This document shows positions 8,973-17,649 of a stretch of 64,000 bases of DNA, piece by piece; positions within the stretch are counted from its first letter, which is position 1, and each line of letters starts with the position of its first letter. The notes under the pieces were generated by a model, which did not search any database, had not been told where the DNA came from, and worked only from the letters and a program-made list of their open reading frames with translations. Origin of the DNA: an uncultured bacterium (GTDB lineage: Bacteria > Muiribacteriota > Ozemobacteria > Ozemobacterales > Ozemobacteraceae); the NCBI GenBank assembly GCA_964474705.1, contig CAYYUI010000005.1, positions 41,965-105,964 of the forward strand. Reading direction: 5' to 3'. The translations under genes were made by a program, and so were the position numbers.

Positions 8973-10138
8973 AACAGCCCCTCCATGGTTTCCGGTATTT
9001 TCTGACGATCTTTGATTATGGCGATTTCTGCCGGTCGTACCTGATTGCCGTCGTCGTCAAAGCCGCCAGATCCGGCGACGCTTTCCCAGCCATGCAGCGA
9101 GGCAAGTGCGTTGCGTACCGCAAGCCGGTCAGTGTCACCTGATTTCAGGGCCAGCGCCAGCAGCATGAGAGCTTCGTAGCCCATTGCTGCATCGGCATCT
9201 GCAGGCTGATCGTAAGTTTCAGCATATTCACTGAGAAAATAGTCGGCCCGCTGCCCGCCGGCTCTGGCATTGAACGGCAACGTCGTCACTACAGCCTCTG
9301 AATAGACGCCGGCAAGAGTCATGAACTCACTTGCTGCCAGCTGGTTGCCACCCAGAATCGGTTTCGAAAAACGTGCTTCCCTGAATTGCCGCAAAATCAT
9401 CGCCGAATCGTCAGCCGGCGCAAGAATCGTCAGTGAATCAGGGTTGGCAGACATAATGGTTTCGATCTGCCTGCGAAAATTCAGGCTGCCGCGTCTATAG
9501 GAAATTGCCGCACAAACCTGCTGTCCGAGCCGGCTGCAAATCTCGATGAATTTCTGAGCACTGTCCGGGCTGTACAGCTCGAGGTCGTAGATGACGGCAG
9601 GTTTTCTACTGTTGAAGCGTTTCAGCGCATAATCTGCCAGAGCTTCGAATTGACGGCGGTCATCGGTGATGCTGCGAAATGTGAAGCGGTTTCCGCCCGC
9701 GGTTACCTCAAAATGAGTGCAGATGGCGGTTATGAACGGAACCTGCGCTCTTTCAGCCATTTCCTGAATAATTCTGGTGTTGGCGGGGCTGAAACCGCCT
9801 AGCAAGGCAATGACTTCACGGTCATAAATCAGATCACGCGTTACCTCGGCAGAAATTTCCGCCTGCCCGACGGTGTCACGTATTTCCAGGGTTATATTGC
9901 GGCCGTTGATGCCGCCAAGCTCATTGATATGCCGGGCGGCCAGCTTCAAACCGTTTAGATGATTCTGGGCACGATGGGAATAACCCCCGGTCAAAGGCAG
10001 AACGATACCGATCTTCAGGCTGGCGGCATCGAAATCTATTGAAAAAATGAAAACTGCCAGCAGAACCGGCAAAGCCATCAGCTGATAAACATCGAATCTG
10101 GCGAAGAATGAGCCGAGTTTTCTTATCTGGGGTTTCAT
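8969..10138 (-). CDS. periplasmic substrate-binding protein, LivK/Peripla_BP_6-like (orphan, no ABC permease/ATPase adjacent)
   Basis: Signal/anchor, then KIGIVLPLTGGYSHRAQNHLNGLKLAARHINELGGINGRNITLEIRDT, a typical branched-chain amino acid binding-protein fold signature. Confidence 0.7.
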   Translation of the reverse strand: MKPQIRKLGSFFARFDVYQLMALPVLLAVFIFSIDFDAASLKIGIVLPLTGGYSHRAQNHLNGLKLAARHINELGGINGRNITLEIRDTVGQAEISAEVTRDLIYDREVIALLGGFSPANTRIIQEMAERAQVPFITAICTHFEVTAGGNRFTFRSITDDRRQFEALADYALKRFNSRKPAVIYDLELYSPDSAQKFIEICSRLGQQVCAAISYRRGSLNFRRQIETIMSANPDSLTILAPADDSAMILRQFREARFSKPILGGNQLAASEFMTLAGVYSEAVVTTLPFNARAGGQRADYFLSEYAETYDQPADADAAMGYEALMLLALALKSGDTDRLAVRNALASLHGWESVAGSGGFDDDGNQVRPAEIAIIKDRQKIPETMEGLF

Positions 10139-10500
10139 ACGCAGCTATTTCTGATGAAGGTCAATACCAGGAGAAAAATGCCCATGTAAACGGCCATGGC
10201 AAAGAAATACAGAATCGCAAAAAAGAAAAATGGCATTTCTTTGATGACTTTGTTGAAAAATTCGTTTTCAACCTCTTTAAAAATCGGGTTTTTGGTGGCG
10301 AAACGGTCAAAAGCGAAGACCAGAATCGAGCCCAGCCCGAAAAAGCCGAGGGCGCTGCCAAAGCCGAAGGCAAAGACAGGCGTGTAAATATTCTGAGGCG
10401 CAGTTGAATAAAGCAGGTTGGCAACTCCAAGGCTGAGGGCCAGCAGCCCGCAGAAAACCACCGATGCCCAGAATATCCACGCCCACACGAATTCTTTCAT
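10135..10500 (-). CDS. small integral membrane protein (3 predicted TM)
   Basis: Hydrophobic segments; translationally coupled to upstream mazG. Confidence 0.45.
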   Translation of the reverse strand: MKEFVWAWIFWASVVFCGLLALSLGVANLLYSTAPQNIYTPVFAFGFGSALGFFGLGSILVFAFDRFATKNPIFKEVENEFFNKVIKEMPFFFFAILYFFAMAVYMGIFLLVLTFIRNSCV

Positions 10501-10509
10501 AGAATGATG

Positions 10510-10893
10510 TTATGCTCTGACTTTTTTCCAGGTGCCAAGATTCGCGTTGATTGGGTATTTCTTGCGGTTTTTCTGCATTTTGGCCCGCATTGAAGAGGCT
10601 ACATCTATCTGCAGAACATTGGCAAGACTGAGCAGATAGGCCATGACATCCGAGAGCTCTTCGGAAATCTGCTGCAGTTTGTGCTGGTCGAGACCTTCTT
10701 CGGCCGGCGGTGACCACTGAAAATGCTCGAGCAGTTCTGCGGCTTCAAGAGTGACTGATACCGCCAGATTCTTCGGAGTGTGAAATTTCTCCCAGTTTCT
10801 TTCTGAGACGAAATCGCTCACCAGTTCTTTAAGGTCTTTGACGCTGGTGGAATCGTCACATTTTTCCGTATGACTTTGCTGCAGCTGATGCAT
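10510..10893 (-). CDS. mazG: MazG-like nucleotide pyrophosphohydrolase
   Basis: Small all-alpha NTP-PPase pattern (VKDLKELVSDFVSERNWEKFHTPKNLAVSVTLEAAELLEHFQW). Confidence 0.7.
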   Translation of the reverse strand: MHQLQQSHTEKCDDSTSVKDLKELVSDFVSERNWEKFHTPKNLAVSVTLEAAELLEHFQWSPPAEEGLDQHKLQQISEELSDVMAYLLSLANVLQIDVASSMRAKMQKNRKKYPINANLGTWKKVRA

Positions 10894-10894
10894 G

Positions 10895-12220
10895 TTATCT
10901 GGTTTCAGGACTGATGCCGTAGATATACATGGCAGCGGCGTTCATTCTGAGGATATTCCGGCAGAGGTCTTCATTGACAATCGCCATGGTATCGGTAACC
11001 TGGTGGTAATTTGGGTTGTTCTCGAATTCTGATTGAATGGTCAATACGGCCGGAACTTTCTGATTCAGAAAGGGTGCGTGGTCTGACCCGTAGGGGTTGT
11101 AGCTCGTTACGATGCTGAAGTTGGCGTAACTTTTCGCCAGCTCGATCATTTTCTCCACCATCGTTTTGTTGAATGAACTGGTTTCAATCATGACTGACAG
11201 CGGCGCTACTGCATCGAATCCGATCATGTCGAGATTGAAAACCGCTTTGATCTTGCTCTTTTCTTCGGCAGTAAGAGCTTTTACATAAGCCTTTGAACCA
11301 TAAAGCCCCTGTTCTTCGCCCATGAACAGAACAAATTTGATCGTGGCAGCCGGCTTCAATCCGGCATCTTTGATTAGCCTGGCCATGGCAACCGCACCGG
11401 CAGCGCCGCTGCCGTTGTCGTCAGCTCCCGGGGCATTGGTGCGCGGCTGACGCGAAGTACTATCGAGATGCCCAACCATGAGAACCTGGCCATATTTTTC
11501 TTCGTCTGTGCCTTTTATCTCGCCAATCAGGTTGTTGGCCAGCGTTCCGCCCATGTTGAACTGGGCCTGCCAGGTTTTGCAGCCGAGACTTTCGAGAATT
11601 TTCTGGCAATGATTGACCGCCTGCTGTGCAGGTTCTACATAGGTATAGCGGGTTTTTAAATTGACCAGGTCGTTGAGGTCATTCATGAAAGCCTTCATAT
11701 CGAGCTTGTCGACGAAAGCTCCTACGGCATCGTCAGCCCTGGCAGATCCCTCGCACATGACTGGAGCGGTCAGTATCACCTGATTCGCGGGCAGAAGGTC
11801 AATTCTCGTAAAATCTGAAGCTTTGGCAGTCAGGTTCATGGCTGCGGTTTCGCCGGCCAGAAGCACGATAAAGCCATGGCTGCGATAAACGGTTCTGGTA
11901 CCAGGAAAAGTAGCGGTGAGAATGGCCGGGTCTTTTGTGGTCACCAGGTAGAGCTTCTCGCCCGGTCTTACCGGTATAGAATCCGCCTTTTTGGTTTTAT
12001 TGGCTTCGTCATTGAAAATCTCGCCGCCATGAATGACTAGCGTTTCGCCAAATTGTGTGTATTTTTCGCTGCCTGAGCCTGATTTCTTGATCAGTGCGTA
12101 ACCTTCTGCTGCAGGCATGACCTGCACCCAGTTGCCGGCAAAAGCCGCACTGCAACCCAAAAATGCCATAGCAATAGACAATTTTGCAAAACCGGATCTG
12201 GCGAAAAATTTCATCTTCAT
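10895..12220 (-). CDS. secreted M28-family zinc aminopeptidase
   Basis: Signal peptide; M28 metal-ligand motifs HLDS and ADDNGSGAAGAV. Confidence 0.8.
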   Translation of the reverse strand: MKMKFFARSGFAKLSIAMAFLGCSAAFAGNWVQVMPAAEGYALIKKSGSGSEKYTQFGETLVIHGGEIFNDEANKTKKADSIPVRPGEKLYLVTTKDPAILTATFPGTRTVYRSHGFIVLLAGETAAMNLTAKASDFTRIDLLPANQVILTAPVMCEGSARADDAVGAFVDKLDMKAFMNDLNDLVNLKTRYTYVEPAQQAVNHCQKILESLGCKTWQAQFNMGGTLANNLIGEIKGTDEEKYGQVLMVGHLDSTSRQPRTNAPGADDNGSGAAGAVAMARLIKDAGLKPAATIKFVLFMGEEQGLYGSKAYVKALTAEEKSKIKAVFNLDMIGFDAVAPLSVMIETSSFNKTMVEKMIELAKSYANFSIVTSYNPYGSDHAPFLNQKVPAVLTIQSEFENNPNYHQVTDTMAIVNEDLCRNILRMNAAAMYIYGISPETR

Positions 12221-12295
12221 ACTCCTTGCCTGTTTACGCAGATACTTCTTTAATGATAACTTATTGAATAGAGAATCTCAAAAGTTTTTAGTGCG

Positions 12296-12802
12296 ATGGC
12301 AGACAAAATTATGTCCGACAGCCAGAATACCATTCTCTCAGGGAACCCCCCGGCGAAGCCCGGCGGTTTTACCATGCCCGAACTGCTGATCACCATTCTG
12401 CTGCTCGCGATTCTCTTTACACTGACTATTATTTTTTCCAGTGGCCTGAACCAGTCGAAGAAACTCCGCGACTACAGTATCGCGGTTGCTCTGGCACAAC
12501 AGGCGCTCGAAATTGCCAGATCTGCACCGTTTTATCTTCTCGATGATGCCGATGCCGGCAGAAACAGTGTCGAAACTGACCTGAATACCGCCTCCGACAA
12601 CAGCGACCAGCTTTCTCCCGATTTTGAATCAGGCGGCATCAGATATCGGCGTGAAGTTGAAATAGGCGATGTGATGGCGGTTGAAGACAATAAACGTCCC
12701 ATCGGTCTTAAGCTGATCAAAGTCACCGTTGACTGGAAACCCCTCGACGGCGGGAAAGCAGAACCTTTCGTAGTCACCTCAACGATTGCCAATATGAACT
12801 GA
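12296..12802 (+). CDS. prepilin-type N-terminal cleavage/methylation domain protein (pilin/pseudopilin-like)
   Basis: GFTMPELLITILLLAILF class III signal with Glu+5, after an unusually long ~24 aa leader. Confidence 0.7.
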   Translation: MADKIMSDSQNTILSGNPPAKPGGFTMPELLITILLLAILFTLTIIFSSGLNQSKKLRDYSIAVALAQQALEIARSAPFYLLDDADAGRNSVETDLNTASDNSDQLSPDFESGGIRYRREVEIGDVMAVEDNKRPIGLKLIKVTVDWKPLDGGKAEPFVVTSTIANMN

Positions 12803-12804
12803 TT

Positions 12805-13548
12805 ATGATAAACAAAAAACGCTTGTCATTGGCTGATTCACATGGTTTCACCATAGTCGAAACCCTGATGGCCGTCGTGCTTTCAACGATGATTCTGTTT
12901 TTTGCCTACCGCGTTTTCTTTTCGCAGACTGAGATGGTCACCAGGTCGATTGAGTTTCTGCACGTAAATGAAGGTTTCCGCAAGGTTATGACCTTTATGG
13001 GTGATGATATTCGTGAATCGACTACCATTCTCAAACCGGTTCCGGTGTTTGGCGATAAAGTCGCTTCACAGACAACCATGCCAGGGGTAGTTCTCCACCT
13101 CCAGAGTTCCGAGCTTGATCCCCAGATTCCTTTCAACAGCCCATTAGGAGGGCAGATTGCGGTGCGCCGGCAGGTGGTTTACGAACTTGAAAAGATGCCC
13201 AACCCAGAATCTCAGACTATTCCACGTTTCAAGCTGATCAGAACTGCAAGTTTCGAAGAAAAGCCCGGCCAGAAAAATTCCCAGCGCCAGGTGCTTGTTG
13301 AAAATATCCGCGATCTCGTCATCTATAGGACTGTCCGCAAGCCGTTCAAGCCCGCCAATATCAGTTCTTCCGGTGACAGTATGGTGCTGTCGCAGCCTTT
13401 GAGCCAGTCAGGCACCGGCAACAGTCTGGTTCATGTGAGAATGGTTCTTGAAAGAACCCGCAAAGAAACCGAAACCGGCCAAGTATACAACATTACTATG
13501 AATACAAGTTTCTATAAGCGCGGAAAAGAGATTTTCAAAAACCCATGA
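12805..13548 (+). CDS. minor pilin/pseudopilin-like protein (PilW/GspJ-like)
   Basis: HGFTIVETLMAVVLSTMILF prepilin N-terminus; 2-nt gap from upstream gene, ATGA overlap with downstream gene. Confidence 0.7.
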   Translation: MINKKRLSLADSHGFTIVETLMAVVLSTMILFFAYRVFFSQTEMVTRSIEFLHVNEGFRKVMTFMGDDIRESTTILKPVPVFGDKVASQTTMPGVVLHLQSSELDPQIPFNSPLGGQIAVRRQVVYELEKMPNPESQTIPRFKLIRTASFEEKPGQKNSQRQVLVENIRDLVIYRTVRKPFKPANISSSGDSMVLSQPLSQSGTGNSLVHVRMVLERTRKETETGQVYNITMNTSFYKRGKEIFKNP

Positions 13549-15899
13549 GCAACACATTTAACAAACGCCGCCGTGGCTCCGGATACCTCATCGTGTTGGG
13601 GTTTGCCGGTCTGTTGCTGATTTTCTTCGCTATTTTCTTCCGGGTCAAGTCGGGTCATCAGCAGCTGCAGTCAAAAGATGTGCGCCGCTTCGTGGCCTCA
13701 AATCTGGGTGAAGCCGCCTTGAACTGTGTTATCGCCGAGTTGAACGCCAACCGCGCCTTCAATACCCATCGCTATTTTCGCGACAAGGAAGATTACTACT
13801 GGAACACACCAGTGAAAAAGCGTGAATCGCTGATCGGCAAGATCGACGGCATCAGCCTTTCCGGCGTCAGCTCAGGAATTTACAGCGGCTCATCGGATGC
13901 CGGTGAATTCAAGGCAAAATTTGCCCAGGTCTGGGGTGCCCGCGAAAATTCAAAAACCGAGACTCTTCTTGAAGCCCAGATGTATACCCGCGCTGAAATC
14001 GTCGTTAAAGTTGGTTCCGGCTGGGGTATCAATGAACAAACCTGCCGCAAGATCACGGCGTTGATCGAGCGGCGTTATCCGGCCGGCGAAAGCCTTCTCT
14101 ATGACGGCGAATTTCTTGATCTCGGCGCTCTCGGCCCTTACCCGGGCCGCGAAAATCAACTCCGTCAGGGGCGTCTCTATGGCTATCACTGGATAACCTC
14201 TAATACTGCCGGCGGAGCCTGCCGTGGTTCAGAACTTCTCGACATGGAAAAGATTGAAACCCCTGGCTTCATAAGAGCTTTGAAAGATACAAGAATTTCT
14301 TTCGCCGATAAATCGAGCATGACCCTTAATGCAGCGAATGATTCGATGAAGATCAGTAATTTTCAGGCTCAGGACGGATTTCTGCTCGATGGTGCGCATG
14401 GAGCCCACCCGATCAAACTGGCGAGATTGCCTCGAGAACGTATCAAGGCTACCGCAACCCGCTATCGAAAAACATACGGCCTGACCATTGACGAAAAGAC
14501 TCTGCCGGCCGGTAATTACAAGAATCCATATGATACCAGGAGCCGTTATGTCGATCTCAATTTTGCTGATTTCAAGGTTGTCAAGGCCATAACCGCGAGC
14601 AGTTCTGCCGGAACATCCACAGGCACCGGAACCGGAACCGGAACGGGTACTGGAACCAATACCGGCGGCGATGGCGAAGAAGAGGTTGACGAAACCGATT
14701 ACAACCTCACTTCTGATGAACCTGAAGTTATCCGCAAGCTGAAAGGCGACAAAATCCTAATTTATGCGGAAGTTCCCTTGCGCATCTGGGGTTGCCCCGA
14801 CCGCACCGTTACTATTTACAGCACCCGGGATATCGTTATTGCCGGCGATTTCAACCAGAACCCCCGCACCGTCCAGATCTATCAGGACGATTCCCTGATG
14901 AAATATAAATATGACATCGAAAATGGCAAAGGCCGCAACAAGGTTGGAGCACTGATAATGTCTGAAGGCCGGGTTCTTATCGACATGTCGCGGCCGACCC
15001 TTTTTGCCAGAAACGAAATCAAACCGTTTTTTCTTTATTGTCTGGCGCAAGCCATGCATCCATCAACTCCAGAGATCGAAGCAGAGATCAAAACACTTCT
15101 CTGTCCGCTCGACCCGGATAATCGCAAATCCCTGATCGGCCTCGGAGAACTCGGCGCTGATGGCAATTTTGAAGCTCGCTTCGGTGCCATGGCTTTTTTG
15201 TACAACAATAAAGAACTGAACGGCGGCGGCCTCTATCAGTCAAAAATGGAAGATGTCATCAACTTTTTCACCCCGGGAGTCGGTGACAAACCAAGGTTTG
15301 GCATCAATGACGAAAAGACCCGCACCGCAGTCATCGAAGCCCTGAAAACAGCCGTCAGAAGTGCCGGCGACTTGACGATGACCGAACAGGACCAGATTTT
15401 CGATATGGCCTGGAACCAGGCGGTTGTCGAAGAAGAGACCGCACCGCTGCCGAATTCGGGCGCGATGGGTATGATGCGCTGGCTTTTCGAAGAAGCAAAA
15501 AAAGACCCCAATGATGCCATCTATTATCCCGAAATTACCATCAACGCAGGTCTGGTCAGTTCAGCCTGCCGCTCGGCACGCTGGCAGATCGGGAACTCAC
15601 CTGACAAGGTCGATGATGAAATCGGCAACGCCGGCAGCGGTGAATATATGCGCGAACCCGGATTCATCATTCAGCGGGTGTTTGGTGGCGTCATCAGACT
15701 GGCTGCAAAAAAAGCCGAATATTTCATTTCAGGAGCCCATACCGGCAAAAATATTCTGCGTCGCCGCCTCTGGGACCCAACCAACCTGCGTAATGAACCT
15801 TTCAAGCCTCTTGAAGCACCGGCAGTTCATAACCTGCTGACCTTTTCTGAAGAATCGATCAGCGTTCGTGAATACGACAATTTCAGCGGTAAAAACTAA
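13545..15899 (+). CDS. giant (784 aa) GspK/PilX-like minor pilin with large C-terminal extension
   Basis: N-terminus RRGSGYLIVLGFAGLLLIFFAIFF (pseudopilin-like hydrophobic segment without Glu5, as in GspK/PilX). Internal (GT)n low-complexity linker; translationally coupled to the two pilin genes. Confidence 0.5.
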   Translation: MSNTFNKRRRGSGYLIVLGFAGLLLIFFAIFFRVKSGHQQLQSKDVRRFVASNLGEAALNCVIAELNANRAFNTHRYFRDKEDYYWNTPVKKRESLIGKIDGISLSGVSSGIYSGSSDAGEFKAKFAQVWGARENSKTETLLEAQMYTRAEIVVKVGSGWGINEQTCRKITALIERRYPAGESLLYDGEFLDLGALGPYPGRENQLRQGRLYGYHWITSNTAGGACRGSELLDMEKIETPGFIRALKDTRISFADKSSMTLNAANDSMKISNFQAQDGFLLDGAHGAHPIKLARLPRERIKATATRYRKTYGLTIDEKTLPAGNYKNPYDTRSRYVDLNFADFKVVKAITASSSAGTSTGTGTGTGTGTGTNTGGDGEEEVDETDYNLTSDEPEVIRKLKGDKILIYAEVPLRIWGCPDRTVTIYSTRDIVIAGDFNQNPRTVQIYQDDSLMKYKYDIENGKGRNKVGALIMSEGRVLIDMSRPTLFARNEIKPFFLYCLAQAMHPSTPEIEAEIKTLLCPLDPDNRKSLIGLGELGADGNFEARFGAMAFLYNNKELNGGGLYQSKMEDVINFFTPGVGDKPRFGINDEKTRTAVIEALKTAVRSAGDLTMTEQDQIFDMAWNQAVVEEETAPLPNSGAMGMMRWLFEEAKKDPNDAIYYPEITINAGLVSSACRSARWQIGNSPDKVDDEIGNAGSGEYMREPGFIIQRVFGGVIRLAAKKAEYFISGAHTGKNILRRRLWDPTNLRNEPFKPLEAPAVHNLLTFSEESISVREYDNFSGKN

Positions 15900-15970
15900 G
15901 GCCTCATTTATTGACAACAATGTCTTTGTCTGTCTGGGGCCTGTTGAATTTTTCGCCTAGGGCTGAAATT

Positions 15971-17026
15971 TTAATAACTGCTTTTGCCGCCTGCACCCGC
16001 TATGGTGAACAGCCAGCCATGCTGTGCAGTTATGCCGGTGTTGCGGTCGCGTAGATAGATATCGATGAAGTAATTACCAGGGCCGAACGGATTTTCGATG
16101 CTGGCAAACAGGGTTCTGGAATCATTGTCAAAACGAAAGCTGACCTTTCGACCGGTAGCTTTGGCGTTGAGAACATATTTCTCAGGTGTGTAATCCTTGA
16201 GGTTATCGAGGCGGCAGCTGAATGTGGCAAGCCGATCGACCACCTGACCGGGGGCCGGGTAATGTTCTGAAACCGGCAGTGCTGCCATGCCAAACCTGAT
16301 GAGAAACTTGTCCATGTCGTCGGTTGAGTAGATAACCTGCCTTTTGATCAGCCATGTCGACAGGCCAGGGTAGTTAGAACCGCCGTCTACGGTCATTGCT
16401 CCGGCAAACCCGGCCTCCTGGGCCAGCTTCATTGTTCGATCACTGTAGACTCCATAGGGCCAGACCATGAACTTAACCTTATTTCCGAGCTTGCTCTCGA
16501 TAATCTTCCTTGAGGCGACTATTTCCTTTTCAAGAAAAGCCTTCTCTTCAGCCGGATTCTGATATTTTCCGGCCAGGTTACTGTGGGTCATCGAGTGGCA
16601 TTCGACACTCCAGCCGGCTTTGATCAGCTCTTCCAGTTGCTGCCAGCTCATGGCCTGGGATGAGCCGATAAAAGCCGGGTAAATGCAGACTATACCCTTG
16701 AAGCCAAATTCCTGCATTGCCGGAAAAGCGTAATCATAAACAGTGCGAAAGCCATCGTCAAAGGTGAATACGACTTTATTGCCTGAACTGGTTGAACTGC
16801 CGTTCAAGGCCTCAAGCAGTTCTTCAGAGTTGAGACTGCAATAGTTGCGATCTTTGAGATACTTCAGCTGGCTTCTGAATCGCTCCAGCGACAGCGAAAA
16901 CTTGTTGGCCGCCTTTGGTTCAACCTGGTGGTAACAGAAGGCGACAATGTCGCTGCGGGCATACAGTGGGGCGGTGAGAGCTGTCAAAGCAAGGGTCAGC
17001 AGTAGAATAAAATGTTTCATTGGCAT
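15971..17026 (-). CDS. secreted polysaccharide deacetylase (NodB-domain) family protein
   Basis: Signal peptide; FTFDDGF...W...HSMTHSNL NodB motifs; extra C-terminal beta-rich domain. Confidence 0.75.
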   Translation of the reverse strand: MPMKHFILLLTLALTALTAPLYARSDIVAFCYHQVEPKAANKFSLSLERFRSQLKYLKDRNYCSLNSEELLEALNGSSTSSGNKVVFTFDDGFRTVYDYAFPAMQEFGFKGIVCIYPAFIGSSQAMSWQQLEELIKAGWSVECHSMTHSNLAGKYQNPAEEKAFLEKEIVASRKIIESKLGNKVKFMVWPYGVYSDRTMKLAQEAGFAGAMTVDGGSNYPGLSTWLIKRQVIYSTDDMDKFLIRFGMAALPVSEHYPAPGQVVDRLATFSCRLDNLKDYTPEKYVLNAKATGRKVSFRFDNDSRTLFASIENPFGPGNYFIDIYLRDRNTGITAQHGWLFTIAGAGGKSSY

Positions 17027-17324
17027 TTCCTGGGGTTATCTTGGTGTTCAAAAGAACTATAGCAGGTTTCCGGGTAAAAAAAAAGGCCACTCTAGGCAGC
17101 CTTGATCAAGGAAAGGAATGATTGAAGACAACTGACGAATAAGTCGTGCAGTGTTATTAATATATATGCAATTTGTATGCCAACTTTTTATAACCTTTAA
17201 TGGTGCGATTTTGCACATATTTTTTGCTGCAAAGGCCTTGATGATCAATCTTTATACAGTAAAGAGAAAATTTCTGTGCAAAATCTGCACAAACTCCTCT
17301 GTTGAATCATGAAGCACGTGAGGC

Positions 17325-17354
17325 AAAAAAAAAGACCACCCATCAGGGTGGTCT
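17325..17354 (-). terminator. rho-independent terminator downstream of hfq
   Basis: AGACCACCC-ATCA-GGGTGGTCT hairpin with adjacent A-run on + strand (T-run on the - strand). Confidence 0.6.
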
Positions 17355-17372
17355 TCTCGTTAAGACTCAGCT

Positions 17373-17606
17373 TCAGCCGGGAAGATTAAAGTTGTCAGGC
17401 AACTGAACAGTAGAAATGGCGTGCTTGTAAATCAACTGTTTTTTGCCTTCTGATTCGAGGAGAATCACAAAAGTGTCAAAGTCAAGGATTGTTCCCTGAA
17501 TCTGGAACCCTTTCATCAGAAAGATCTTAACAGCTTCCTTTTCGTCTTTCAGATACTGAAGGATATTGTCTTGTATGTTTACAGCAGGCATTTCTATTAC
17601 CTCCAA
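17373..17606 (-). CDS. hfq: RNA chaperone Hfq
   Basis: Sm1/Sm2 motifs including IYKHAISTV; 77 aa; GGAGG RBS upstream. Confidence 0.9.
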   Translation of the reverse strand: MEVIEMPAVNIQDNILQYLKDEKEAVKIFLMKGFQIQGTILDFDTFVILLESEGKKQLIYKHAISTVQLPDNFNLPG

Positions 17607-17649
17607 TTGGTGTCTTAATTAAATAGACTATTTTGGAAAAAAAAGCAAA

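Noticed and set aside
10161-10717. ORFs 10161..10430 (-), 10196..10387 (+), 10307..10717 (-) overlapping mazG and the small membrane protein gene
   Set aside because: Alternative frames of better-supported genes; no independent signals.
14600-14670. Short tandem repeat resembling a spacer/repeat array
   Set aside because: Only 6-nt in-frame units inside a CDS; not a CRISPR array (no 25-40 nt repeats with unique spacers anywhere in the window).
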